This document shows, one piece after another, positions 43,769 to 54,452 of a DNA stretch of 64,000 nucleotides. Positions within the stretch are counted from its first letter, which is position 1. Every line of letters begins with the position of its first letter. A program made the position numbers and the translations under genes. Below the pieces are notes generated by a model. The model saw only the letters and a list, made by a program, of their open reading frames with translations, was not told the DNA's origin and made no database searches. The DNA is from Naegleria gruberi (taxonomy: Eukaryota), in the NCBI GenBank assembly GCA_000004985.1, contig GG738868.1; one strand, written 5' to 3'.

Positions 43769-45778
43769 CTAGTTAATAGTTACATTGTTTGAGGATAATT
43801 CACTCACAAAGGATGTTGGGGTTGGTGGTACATAGTAAGAACTGTCTTTTCTATAGGTTTGATCTGAGTTGGTTGTTGAGTTGGTTGGTGGATAGGAAAC
43901 TGGAATTGAATTATTGTAATTTGTTTCTTCATTCGTTTCTTCGCTGGACAACAGAGAATCTTTGAGTTGATTATTATTCCTTCTACTATCGAATAATTTG
44001 AATAGTTGTAATATTGGTCTGTAACAATCGGTAAATAATTGAGAATCGTAGAGAATAACCAACATGATTAGAAGGGTTGAATAATTTGCAAATAGACTCA
44101 CTTGTTCAATATAGTAACTGAATTGATAAGTAGTAGAGTCGCTTCCAAATTGTCTTGCTAAAAATGCAGATAGACATGAGAATAAGGCAATACCTGACAA
44201 GGTGTTGAGGGCACAGAATTGATAGAAATACTTGGTTTTGAAAAATGGAACATTTGTCTTATTTCTAAGGGCCTTTCTCAATCGATATGATAAAACGAAA
44301 AACAACATCAAGTTATCAATCCATGGAATGGCAAAAGCAATATAACCAATCGCAACAACAATTGTTGCAATGGTTAGTCCTATTTTGGAAAATTCTAAAA
44401 TGTAACTTGTTGTCACATAAACTGCATTGATTGTCAATAAGATAAATGCCATCAAAATCATAATCTTGAACTTTGGACAATTACGTTTCTCTCCCGTATA
44501 TAAATAATTGTAAATTCTATCAAAGGTTAACATGACTGGTAACATGGAATAATAAGTGAAAAAGACATTGAAAGAGAGTGCCATATTTGAAAGGGTAGTG
44601 TTTTCAGATTCACCCAAGTAAGCAACAGCATACATGACACTTGAAATGACAACAGAACTAGATGCTGCCAATATAGTTAAAATACTGCAAGTATTGAGAA
44701 TGCCAATTTTTCTAACTCTTGATACTTGTCTAATTTGTGGAATTACATAGGTTATCAATGCTCCTAAGGCCAAAGAAGTGGAAAATAATATTGAAACGAC
44801 AATCTTGGCAAAATCAAATGCTGTGGTGAATAAAGATGAGTCACACATTGAATTAAAAGTTGAATATGTATGACAAAAGCAAAAGAATGGATTCCTTAAC
44901 CGTATGTAAAAACTATCCAAAAAATACAAGGGAAGGCCAGTTTGAATATTTCCACAATAGAAAGCTGATGGGAAAGTGGCAAATGCAGGACATTCAACAT
45001 TTCTAGAGGTAGTTTCATTTACTACAGCATCCTCTCTGTAATAAATCTTGTACTGAAATTGCAAAAAATCCTCCCTATTGTTCTTGCAATATTTACAATA
45101 ATTGAAAATTTCATACTTGTATGGATCTACACTTCCTAGAGATGAATTAGAGTAGCAAAAATAATCCATACAGCTGACATTTGAATATTTCTGACAAATA
45201 TCAATATTAACTCTACCAGGTTTAATTGGCGAAAATATGTCACTATTTCTTTCATTCATATGTTGAGTGCCAAAAGGTATTGATGTAATACTAGGTAATT
45301 TGACAACTTTACATCCAAATCCAAAAGGAAGGTCCTTAATACGAGGTAAATTACTCTTACTTATTGGAACAGTCTCAGTAGCTCCATTCAATAAAGGCCT
45401 CTCATACGAACAATCTTCAAATAGATTGAACACTTGCGCTGAAGATGATGGTAAAGTTCGTTCTCTCCCAGTTGCTACTTTACTTTCAATATTCTCTCCT
45501 TTAATTTGGGTCAATGTTGAAATATGATGCTGCCGATCATCAAATAGTTTCGTCGTTAAAGATGAATTTGTAGTATTCATTATAAATTGCATAATAGCTA
45601 GTGTACATAAACTCGACATGATGAAAATTACTAAAATTATTAACCAGCCGATGGGCAGTCGATGATTATTATTATCATTGTCATCATTATGCACAATAAT
45701 GGCAGACTTTTGTGAGATGGGCACTTCAACACTATTCACAACGATCCCCACACAATTATTGTTGTTATTATTATTCAT
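43769..45778 (-). CDS. Cys-rich-ectodomain 7TM receptor-like protein, paralog B (single exon)
   Basis: 669 aa with the same architecture and motifs as paralog A (DLPFGFGC, SIPFGT, CKYC, CPAF, FFCFCH). LTFDRIYNYL (DRY-like) lies after TM3. The N-terminus is poly-N and the C-tail is S/T/N-rich. Confidence 0.65.
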   Translation of the reverse strand: MNNNNNNNCVGIVVNSVEVPISQKSAIIVHNDDNDNNNHRLPIGWLIILVIFIMSSLCTLAIMQFIMNTTNSSLTTKLFDDRQHHISTLTQIKGENIESKVATGRERTLPSSSAQVFNLFEDCSYERPLLNGATETVPISKSNLPRIKDLPFGFGCKVVKLPSITSIPFGTQHMNERNSDIFSPIKPGRVNIDICQKYSNVSCMDYFCYSNSSLGSVDPYKYEIFNYCKYCKNNREDFLQFQYKIYYREDAVVNETTSRNVECPAFATFPSAFYCGNIQTGLPLYFLDSFYIRLRNPFFCFCHTYSTFNSMCDSSLFTTAFDFAKIVVSILFSTSLALGALITYVIPQIRQVSRVRKIGILNTCSILTILAASSSVVISSVMYAVAYLGESENTTLSNMALSFNVFFTYYSMLPVMLTFDRIYNYLYTGEKRNCPKFKIMILMAFILLTINAVYVTTSYILEFSKIGLTIATIVVAIGYIAFAIPWIDNLMLFFVLSYRLRKALRNKTNVPFFKTKYFYQFCALNTLSGIALFSCLSAFLARQFGSDSTTYQFSYYIEQVSLFANYSTLLIMLVILYDSQLFTDCYRPILQLFKLFDSRRNNNQLKDSLLSSEETNEETNYNNSIPVSYPPTNSTTNSDQTYRKDSSYYVPPTPTSFVSELSSNNVTIN

Positions 45779-46055
45779 TGTTGATTTTGTACTTTTCCTC
45801 TTCGAAATTCAGCGATCGAATGATGTACAGCGAGCGGGGAAAAAAGAATCTCAAGATGTTTTGATTTTTTTTTATGATTTTTTAAATTTGTGGGTTTTTA
45901 GTATTTCTCAGGAAATTCAAGCTCCGAAGTTTCATTCTCCTCTTAACAATAATTGAAATCAATAAGAAGTAAGCAGCTTATTTATCATTCTTAATTATGG
46001 CAGATCTTAGAGAGACAAAAATAGTTCATCTTTTGTCAAGTAGATCAAAAAAAAA

Positions 46056-47423
46056 ATGTTCAAAAGACCAGGAAAAAATCTGCCATTTTATTCGAGATCA
46101 GAATTGGGTTCATCGTGTGTTGTTAGAGATGATCGTCATCATCGGATGAGAAATGATCGGCATCACCATCAAATTATTTCTCTTTGTATTAGTAATTATG
46201 AAGATGAGACGAAACGAATAATTTCCAACATGAGGAATACAATTTACAAATTATTAGCCTTGGAATATCAGAATATATTATTGACTATTGATGGGATGGT
46301 ACTTGTTAAAGATAGGAATTCTGATGCAATGTTTAGAATAGTTTGTGGAAATAATGTAGAGGAGGAAGTTGTTGATTTGTTTGCTTCAGAGGTGAATGTG
46401 TATCTGCTGACCAGATCTGGAAAATGTTTCGGCGTTTCGAATTATAATAGTTGGGGTCAAACTGGAACAAACCACAGAAATTCACATGAGTTTAATGCGC
46501 CAATCATTCATGCCGAGGAAGTGTGGTGTGAAAATCCAGAAACTAGATTTATATCAGTACATTCAGGATATGGTGGGTTTCTTCTGATTTACATTGCAAT
46601 TAATAACATTTTAATGTGAATTCTCATTGTTAAATAGGTCATACATACTTTATTTCAACGAACCAGAAAATATATTTCAGTGGAAATACTCAACTCGGCC
46701 AAGCAGCAAAACAAGTGGAGGATGCCAATATTTTAATTGTTACAGAGATTAAATCCTTTTCAGAAAAGAGAGTTAAATTAATTGCTTCTGGATATGCTTT
46801 TGGATTGGCTGTTTTTGATGATAACTCATTTTATGGCTGGTAAGTTTCAAATGGCTCGATATAATATTAATATGGACATAAGGGGGTCTAATGATTGTTG
46901 CCAACTTGGTTTTAAACATACAAACAAGTCATTTGAATTTGATCCGCTACCTATTAAGCTACCAACACAAGCAGAGGTTAAAGGATTATCTGCAGGACAA
47001 AATATTAGTTTAGTACTTGTGGAGGGTTGTGAAATTTATCTTAGTGGAGCATTAGAACACCTAAAATTTGAGGAATTTACAAAACTTGAGCTCAATGAAT
47101 TCTGTAAAAATCCCTCTGAAAGTTTTCTTGATGCTTACATTATTAGAAATAAGATTTACCTACTTGGCACTGACCATTTTTCTATTTACTCTGGATCACA
47201 AATGGATAAAATTTCAGTATCCGAACTAAAACCATCAGAATTAGGACTTCCATCCCAATCACAATTAAGCTACAAAGTGGTACCTCAACAAATGGCAGGC
47301 GAGTACCTATCACTCTTCATATTCGATGTTAAAGAACCTCAGCATTTTCTATTCAAATTCAATGAGAAGAATGATTTTTGTGACGTAATAATTCAAGCAT
47401 GGAATCCTTATTATGATGTTTAG
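46056..47423 (+). CDS. RCC1-like repeat protein; 3 exons 46056..46572, 46638..46839, 46883..47423
   Basis: Glycine-rich RCC1-like blades occur in every exon: SGKCFGVSNYNSWGQTG, IYFSGNTQLGQAAK, YAFGLAVFDDNSFYGW|GSNDCCQLG and GQNISLVLVEGCEIYLSG. The introns run 46573..46637 (65 nt, GTGGGT..ATAG) and 46840..46882 (43 nt, GTAAGT..TAAG), and all phases check. Confidence 0.55.
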
Positions 47424-47631
47424 AATAACAGAGTCCAACTCGACCAGATTAAGACTTAGACTCTTAAGGAACTTACCGGAGGTCTAGGAGTACACAAACT
47501 CCTCCCACTTTTTCACTGGAATAAACAGCGGGAAAATTCCAATCTCCTTACTCCTCGCGCACAATTTGACAATTGAACCCTTTTTTTGCAGTAGAGATTT
47601 CCAACAGTTTGTACTAGTAACATTTAAAAAA

Positions 47632-48687
47632 ATGCAAAGAAATACTTTTGCTGTTTTATTATTGTGCTTGATTGGAGCTACCTGTTTTATTAATCATGTA
47701 GCTGCCAGTTGTCCAGCAGGTTATTATGATTCCTCTAATATTGAAAGACCTTGCTACCAATGTTCTCCGGGAACCTATTGTCCAGGTATGTATGAAGAAA
47801 AACTGTTTGTTTTTTATATAAATAATATAACATTGTTTTCACTATTCACAGGTGATGGTAAACCATATGCATGTCCATCCGGTACTGTCGCTCCACACCA
47901 AGGTGCATCATCATGCTCTTCATGCAGTACTAAACGTTCAAATTCTGATCATACCATTTGTTTACTTGCTGACACACCTGCCAATGCTCAAGAATATGTT
48001 TATGGATCCAACTTGGTGATCAACTCTAAGAATCCATATTATTACATTACTTTATATAATTCATTTGGTCAAGCACCAAGATCTGTTCAATTGACAATTG
48101 CTGGAAAGCAACCTGTTCCAGTAACCCTTCATGCATCATATACTACTGGAAAACCATCTGAAACTAATGCACAATTCTCAAATAAGGGAGTTAATGCTAC
48201 AATTTCTTTCGAACAAGATGTTTTTAGAATTTTGTACTTGTACATTGTTCCAGATAATGCTGATTACGTTATTGGTGATTTGAAATTATTTAAATATTTG
48301 GATCTGATTGAAAATTTACAACCAAATCAAGTTAATTATTACAAATTCAATGCTGAACTCTCTCAATATGATAGAAATATGTTATTATTTAGATTGGATA
48401 ATGTTCCTGCTGGTTCAAGAGTTAATTTCACTTTGAATTGTGATTTTTGGAAGAAGGATTGGAGTTTCCCATTTTCATACACTTTATACCATTCCACTTT
48501 ATCAAATATTGCTTATCCAAATGAGAATAATGCCAATATTATTGTAAAGAGTCAAACTTCAAGCCATCCAAGTACTTCAAACATTTTCTACATGCCTAAA
48601 GATAGCACTCAATTTGCCATTGCCTTCTATTATGATAATACTTATTATTATGGAGAAATGTATGCAAGTGCTAAAATTATTAATTAA
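47632..48687 (+). CDS. Secreted Cys-rich (TNFR/ephrin-receptor-like CxxGxY repeats) hypothetical protein; 2 exons 47632..47785 and 47852..48687
   Basis: A signal peptide is present (MQRNTFAVLLLCLIGATCFINHVAAS). CPAGYYDSS..CYQCSPGTYCPG|DGKPYACPSGTVAPHQGASSCSSCS spans a 66-nt intron 47786..47851 (GTATGT..CACAG, phase 1). The rest is a Cys-free, probably beta-rich domain. Confidence 0.55.
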   Translation: MQRNTFAVLLLCLIGATCFINHVAASCPAGYYDSSNIERPCYQCSPGTYCPGMYEEKLFVFYINNITLFSLFTGDGKPYACPSGTVAPHQGASSCSSCSTKRSNSDHTICLLADTPANAQEYVYGSNLVINSKNPYYYITLYNSFGQAPRSVQLTIAGKQPVPVTLHASYTTGKPSETNAQFSNKGVNATISFEQDVFRILYLYIVPDNADYVIGDLKLFKYLDLIENLQPNQVNYYKFNAELSQYDRNMLLFRLDNVPAGSRVNFTLNCDFWKKDWSFPFSYTLYHSTLSNIAYPNENNANIIVKSQTSSHPSTSNIFYMPKDSTQFAIAFYYDNTYYYGEMYASAKIIN

Positions 48688-48932
48688 ATAATTTTATTCA
48701 AATCTTGTTTGAAAATGATCATTGCTAAAATAAATTCAATGAATTTTTCCAATATCAAATTTGTTATCTTTTCCAACAATTTCTTCCAATGTTTAGTTTA
48801 GTTTCGAATATTGATCAGAAAACAATGATAAACAATGAATATTGTAAAGTGTTGAGCAGATCAGCAAGCACCTTGATATTTGTCACATCCACATTACCTG
48901 TCACCATGTTACCTAATACCATTATAAAAAAA

Positions 48933-51635
48933 ATGGGTCAGTCACAGTTATCCCGTGACTCTCAAAATAATCAATCGGATAATGACTATTACCAACCCAA
49001 TAATAATACTAACAACAACAATAACCCTGAACAACAAGATGATAATGTGAGCATTACTTCAGACAATTCACAACAACAACAACACGACGACAATATCAAA
49101 CAAATTAATAGACTATACGGATGGAGCATGATTGAATCAATGAATTCCTCTCATCACTCTCTCACACCCAGAAATAACAACAATAACACAACACGACTTC
49201 GATATTTGCAAAACAATAATCAACAGCAACAGCAGCAACAATTCCCGCCAACCACTACAACAACCACTTCTAAAAACCAGACAAGTCCAAGATTTGGCGC
49301 CAAAAAACAATCACACTCATCTGATAATTTGGAAGCAGGCAAAGAAAAAGAGAGGCGAGGAGTGGGCAGTGTCTATGATGGTATTTCTGGTGTTGAATTT
49401 GATAGTGTGGAAGAGCAGGAGAGACAACGAGAATTGGAGGAATTGTTAGCCTCATCGGCATCAACAACTTCATCAATTTTGAATGAAAATGATATAACAA
49501 TGATGAATAATAACAATAATTTGAATAATGATAATAGTAATAATAATAGAGTGAGACGTTCGATGGCAATTCATACCGGAAAACATTATTCGATTAGTTT
49601 GGGAAATGCCATTCATGAAAGATTACAAAAAGAATTGAAAAATCATGATGAAGCACAGAATAATGAAAAGGGGTTTTCAGCTCCGATTGGAAATGAAAAT
49701 TCAATAGATAATTACTATAGGGAAAGATCGGCTGAAAGAGGATCAACGAGAATGCATCACCGTCGTTCTTCATCGATAGATTCGAATATTTCCAATATGA
49801 TCAATAATGAAATGTTAAGTGTAAATAATCAGATAACAACTCTCTCACCACCAAATCAACCTTCCGAATTGATTGCAGGATCCCTCGTTCATGAAATGAC
49901 TTTTATTGAAGAGGAGTTGGATCCTGTGGAAAAGGCATCATGGAATGAAAAACATAGAGATATTGCCGAGTTGTGGAATTCAATTCCAAAATCATATCAT
50001 GCTGGTATTAATAGAGTTTACAACAAACTAAAAATTAGATTCAAGAATGATATTGATGTTTCTGATTATCAGATCAGACAAATGGCAATTGATTTGGGTT
50101 TTCCAAACTTTTTGTACGAATACATGTTCAGCAAACTCGAGAGAACAGTGTTTAGTTTACTGCACGACGAATACATTTTAAAGAAGAAAAAGAATAAGAA
50201 TAGAAGAAATCTACCAAAGAGACCTTCCTCTTCAGCAACAAAGAATGAATATATCACCACAAAAAATGTCACACCTGACATTCCAAATGTGACAGCTGTC
50301 TTACAGAGTCATGTTGTGGAATTCAAGACATTACCTTCTTCACCAGCTCTGCCAAGAACAGAATTATTGAATCGTTTATTCAATGATGAAGACGTTCATA
50401 GACAAGAGCCAAATAGACTTTTATCATCCTTTGACGAGTATATCAATATCAATCAAGACATGGTATTTGAGAAGGGTTTAAAGATTAAATTAATCATTAC
50501 TGAAGTGGGTAAGAGTCCTGGTAGAATTAGAACTGCTGCTTCTCCGATTATTAGTAGACTGAAAGTTTTTGATCAATTTGGATGGTTCCACACCAGTTTT
50601 TCAATTGGAAATCTTCGTTTTGATTGGACAAATAGTGGATACTGTGCTGTAACAACTGTCAAGTCAGCAACTTCATTGTTGGCCATAACAGTGAAGGAAA
50701 TTAGCACACTTCGTGAATTGGAGAGCATCATTAAACTACTTTCCATTGAAATTTCTCGTTGGAATAGAAACTTTTCATACACCAATTTGAAGGGAAATAT
50801 TTCCAAAGAGACAGGAAGTTGCCAAACATTCACTGTTGAAATGATGAAGATAATGGGAGTTTCGGATTTATCCTTTGCAGGAAATAATAGTATTCACAAC
50901 TTTTTACAGGACTTGCTCACAAAGGGTGATCCAATAACCAAGTTCTCCATGAATGAAGAATTTAAAAAGAAGTATACTGACTTGATTGATACCAAGATTG
51001 AGCAGTGCAAAGCTGTCACTGTAGTATCATCTCGTGAGCTGTTACTCGCCCAAAATTCTGTAGCCGAATCTTCCACAACATCAGACGAGGATGTTCTAGG
51101 TCAAGCATTCGCTCAACAACAACAAGCCCACTTTGAAATTAAGAAACAACAAAGTGCCAAAGTTAAGAGATGGGAACACTTTAAATCTCAATACTTTACA
51201 AGCAACAAGAAGCACATTATTTTTAACAGTCATAGAGAATTGGATTATTTTGTACTTTACTTGAAAGAACTCGATGAAAAGTTCAATGAAACTCAAGAAT
51301 GTGGATTATTGAATGCATTTGACAGAGGTTACTGGTTAAGATACTCGAGTGCAGTCTCTGTCATGCAAAGAATTCAACAACGTAAAAAACAACGAGAAAA
51401 TGCAAGATCAAAACTAGGTTTTTCAGATCCATTAAAACTTTCAAAAGAGGAACAAGAGGAATACATTCGAGTTAAAAGAGATTTGGAAATTTGTCAACCA
51501 CTCATAGAAGACGATCAATTCAAATGCGCATTTGGAGATCCTTCTCAGAGTCGTTCTCTTTTCATAGCAAATACCAAACGAGAAGATGTACTCACCATTC
51601 AAAAGGACTTGCAAGTGGGTTCCCTAAAGTTATAA
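48933..51635 (+). CDS. Hypothetical 900-aa protein with MGQ N-terminus, N/Q/S-rich N-terminal half and unknown C-terminal globular region
   Basis: The ATG at 48933 follows an A8 run and gives MGQSQLS (N-myristoylation-type). Long poly-N/poly-Q tracts follow. The C-terminal ~450 aa is non-repetitive. The ORF is open from 48789 but has no better start. Confidence 0.5.
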   Translation: MGQSQLSRDSQNNQSDNDYYQPNNNTNNNNNPEQQDDNVSITSDNSQQQQHDDNIKQINRLYGWSMIESMNSSHHSLTPRNNNNNTTRLRYLQNNNQQQQQQQFPPTTTTTTSKNQTSPRFGAKKQSHSSDNLEAGKEKERRGVGSVYDGISGVEFDSVEEQERQRELEELLASSASTTSSILNENDITMMNNNNNLNNDNSNNNRVRRSMAIHTGKHYSISLGNAIHERLQKELKNHDEAQNNEKGFSAPIGNENSIDNYYRERSAERGSTRMHHRRSSSIDSNISNMINNEMLSVNNQITTLSPPNQPSELIAGSLVHEMTFIEEELDPVEKASWNEKHRDIAELWNSIPKSYHAGINRVYNKLKIRFKNDIDVSDYQIRQMAIDLGFPNFLYEYMFSKLERTVFSLLHDEYILKKKKNKNRRNLPKRPSSSATKNEYITTKNVTPDIPNVTAVLQSHVVEFKTLPSSPALPRTELLNRLFNDEDVHRQEPNRLLSSFDEYININQDMVFEKGLKIKLIITEVGKSPGRIRTAASPIISRLKVFDQFGWFHTSFSIGNLRFDWTNSGYCAVTTVKSATSLLAITVKEISTLRELESIIKLLSIEISRWNRNFSYTNLKGNISKETGSCQTFTVEMMKIMGVSDLSFAGNNSIHNFLQDLLTKGDPITKFSMNEEFKKKYTDLIDTKIEQCKAVTVVSSRELLLAQNSVAESSTTSDEDVLGQAFAQQQQAHFEIKKQQSAKVKRWEHFKSQYFTSNKKHIIFNSHRELDYFVLYLKELDEKFNETQECGLLNAFDRGYWLRYSSAVSVMQRIQQRKKQRENARSKLGFSDPLKLSKEEQEEYIRVKRDLEICQPLIEDDQFKCAFGDPSQSRSLFIANTKREDVLTIQKDLQVGSLKL

Positions 51636-52032
51636 GAGGTATTTAGATCATCATTTCAATATTTCAAATCAATTGAAGTGTTTACAATATGCGCACTTCA
51701 ATTTACAAACCAATAAAAAATGGAATCATTACATCTTGCTGCCTCTCCAATCATGCAGGTGTTGTCCGCAACATCTTCATCACAACCCAATTCCGAATCA
51801 TCATCTTTATTACACACAGCAACAATTAATACAACAATCAATAAGCCAACGAATAGTAACAAGGCATCCGAAGAACTTTTCAATGAATTCAATGAAAAAT
51901 CAAGCAACAATACTCCTTCAGCAGCATCATCATTGAATGTAACCTCCACACTGTTCACTCTTCCCAATACTGATAGTTTACCTGTACCAAACCTCCTCAT
52001 CAAACCTCGAACAAAAAACAAAAAAGAAAACC

Positions 52033-53676
52033 ATGAAGAAGAAACAATCGGATCAGATTTTCATGAATCAGTCAGTGATTTTCAATCATGAAGGAAAGAA
52101 ACAGAGAAATAAGACTATTTATTCAGTGAATCATCCAAAGGTTTCGAATCAGTTACGTAATTTTCATTTTCAAGTGGGTGAGGAAGTTAAGGTCAATGTG
52201 TGTGAATGTAAATCAGAGAAAAAGACTGAACATTTCGATAGGATTATTATAGAACATTTGGGATATACGAATCAGCATAATATGGATGCATCGAAAACTA
52301 TTGCAATTGAATTTGTAAATGTGTTGGCTTTCAAGAGGAGGAAGAATGACTCGAAAATATTGTGGATTTATGAATCGGTTGTGTTGGAATTGTTGAATTC
52401 TGATTCTTCTGATAATAGTCAACACACTTCAATGAATGAATCACCTGTTTTAAAGAGAAAATTGGATAGTATGAGCGAATCAGATCAGAGTAGTACGAGT
52501 AATGGCAGTACAGTTCATAACTCAAATTTGGAAGATGAATTTGAAAAGTGCTTTTTGGTAGCCGCTAATCCATTCATTGATTCGAATTTACTTTCTAATA
52601 TTGATGAAGAACAAACAAAGAGAAGTAAGCTCGATACCAAGATTGAGAATCTCTACCTAGAAAGTATTGAACCAGAGGATGCCCCGTCGAAAAAGCCAAC
52701 ACTATTTCAATTATCATTAGATTTGAATATTGAACAACCATATCACTTGTTCAATCCAATGATGAAACATTTCTGTTTGGATTTTGTTTCATTAGCTGAG
52801 GAACAGACAACCTTTGATGCAGTCATTATTAGTGTACAACCAATTATTACAAATATGGCTTCACTGAAGGGAAAGAAATTTGAATTGATTGGAAAAACAC
52901 CAATCATATCAATGTATGATAGTGTAAATACTTTTGTAAGATTATGTGTAGATACTCAAATTTTCATTTGTCAAAATTCGAATGAGGGAAAGCTATTCTT
53001 CTACTTTTATGGAGAGGACAAGAGAATGAGAAGTGAACAAATTATTCAAAATCCAAATGTTTATTCAAAGCAATCTGATGTGGAAAATTACAACTCAAAG
53101 ACTACTAATGAAAATATGAATCAAAAGGATTCTACATATTCTGATTTGATACTCTTTGAATTTGGGAGTGAAGACAACTTTCTATTCGAACAATTCAAGA
53201 ATGTTAATTTAGAACCAAAGAAATCTAGAAACTTACTCTTTGACAGATATTTGGAACTTAAAAAAGAAATGAATGACAGTGAAGAAGCAATCAAAGCCCT
53301 GGTCCATATTCAAGATGCACTTGGCTTTACCTTGTTGATGCATTTTGCAGCACGAAATATGGTAGAAGAGGCAAGAGAGTGTATTTATTGGAAGGCAAAT
53401 ATTTCACAACAAGATTCGTTTGGTCATGATGCCTTATTCTGGAGTAATTACTTTAAGGCACATTTGGTTACAGAGCTACTCACAGAGATCATCTCTGAAA
53501 TAGACCAAACAAGAGGTGACAGATCTGATGAAATTGCATTCCAACAACAAATAAGATTTGGTTTGGTGAATGCATCTTCAAGATTGGAAAAACGTAACAT
53601 CAAAGCATTCAATGAAAATAACGGCTGTTCAACTGATTTTTCCAATGAAGAAGAAAATGCAACTATTCTCAAATAA
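52033..53676 (+). CDS. Hypothetical protein with C-terminal ankyrin-like repeats; may extend 5' to 51720 (frame switch in A-rich run)
   Basis: 547-aa ORF whose C-terminal region resembles ANK repeats (GFTLLMHFAARNMVEEARECIYWKANISQQDSFGHDALFWSNYFKAHLVTELL). The upstream ORF 51720..52091 is S/T/N-rich. It overlaps in another frame across aaaaaacaaaaaagaaaacc at 52010-52030. Confidence 0.4.
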   Translation: MKKKQSDQIFMNQSVIFNHEGKKQRNKTIYSVNHPKVSNQLRNFHFQVGEEVKVNVCECKSEKKTEHFDRIIIEHLGYTNQHNMDASKTIAIEFVNVLAFKRRKNDSKILWIYESVVLELLNSDSSDNSQHTSMNESPVLKRKLDSMSESDQSSTSNGSTVHNSNLEDEFEKCFLVAANPFIDSNLLSNIDEEQTKRSKLDTKIENLYLESIEPEDAPSKKPTLFQLSLDLNIEQPYHLFNPMMKHFCLDFVSLAEEQTTFDAVIISVQPIITNMASLKGKKFELIGKTPIISMYDSVNTFVRLCVDTQIFICQNSNEGKLFFYFYGEDKRMRSEQIIQNPNVYSKQSDVENYNSKTTNENMNQKDSTYSDLILFEFGSEDNFLFEQFKNVNLEPKKSRNLLFDRYLELKKEMNDSEEAIKALVHIQDALGFTLLMHFAARNMVEEARECIYWKANISQQDSFGHDALFWSNYFKAHLVTELLTEIISEIDQTRGDRSDEIAFQQQIRFGLVNASSRLEKRNIKAFNENNGCSTDFSNEEENATILK

Positions 53677-53759
53677 AATCTTGAATATCTTGGCCACTTT
53701 TTACTTCTTAATTAAGCAATTCCAAATAACTTGGTCACCAAGTTGCTTTTGAAAGTCTG

Positions 53760-54337
53760 TTAAATCAGGAACAACATGAGATTTGTAACCTGATTTGAGT
53801 GTTCTGATACTAAGTTATAATTCTCACCTGGTAAGCCTCCAATTATGGATCCTAATAGTTTCCCTTCACTATTTAAACAAGCACCTCCACTCATTCCTGG
53901 GAATGAAGAAGCATCAACTGCTATAATTCCATCTTTGAATGCCAAGACCTTTCCGTTCTGACACCTTCTCTAAACATTCGTTTGATTGAAGGTATTTTGT
54001 TTATGGTAATATATAGTGCATCTCTTTCGTCGAAAGTTGCAAGCTCAGGATTTCTCTTCTTCACATAGTTTTCTTCCAACCACTGCTTAATCTCCATATC
54101 AGAATAATTTGCTGGGAAACCTATCAAGTAGATTTCATCACCAACTTGAGGTTCCTTTGCACAGGGGTAACAAATCTCATTTTGATCAAACTTCTCAAAA
54201 GTTACACAAAAACTAATATCAGCTTCAGTTGCAAGAAAACATTTTTCATTCAGTGGAGTTCTATCCTTTTCCCATTCAATCTCAATAGGATCCTTTTTGA
54301 AAAAACACTTCTGCCACTTTTTCTTTGGAATCCTCAT
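53760..54337 (-). CDS. Trypsin-like (chymotrypsin-fold, Trypsin_2-type) peptidase domain fragment, frame-disrupted; possible pseudogene or unresolved intron
   Basis: The downstream ORF carries the catalytic-Ser motif GMSGGACLNSEGKLLG. The upstream ORF has VGDEIYLIGFP, typical of the preceding beta-barrel. The two overlap in different frames at 53921-53945. No His or Asp region was found. Confidence 0.3.
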
Positions 54338-54452
54338 TGAAGAATTGGGAATGGAAAGGCTACTTTAGGTTGAGATTAATCAGACTTGGTGAAATTGAGA
54401 ATTGAATAAGGGTCAATAAATGATTATCAAACCTTTAAAAAGTTGCAAAAAT

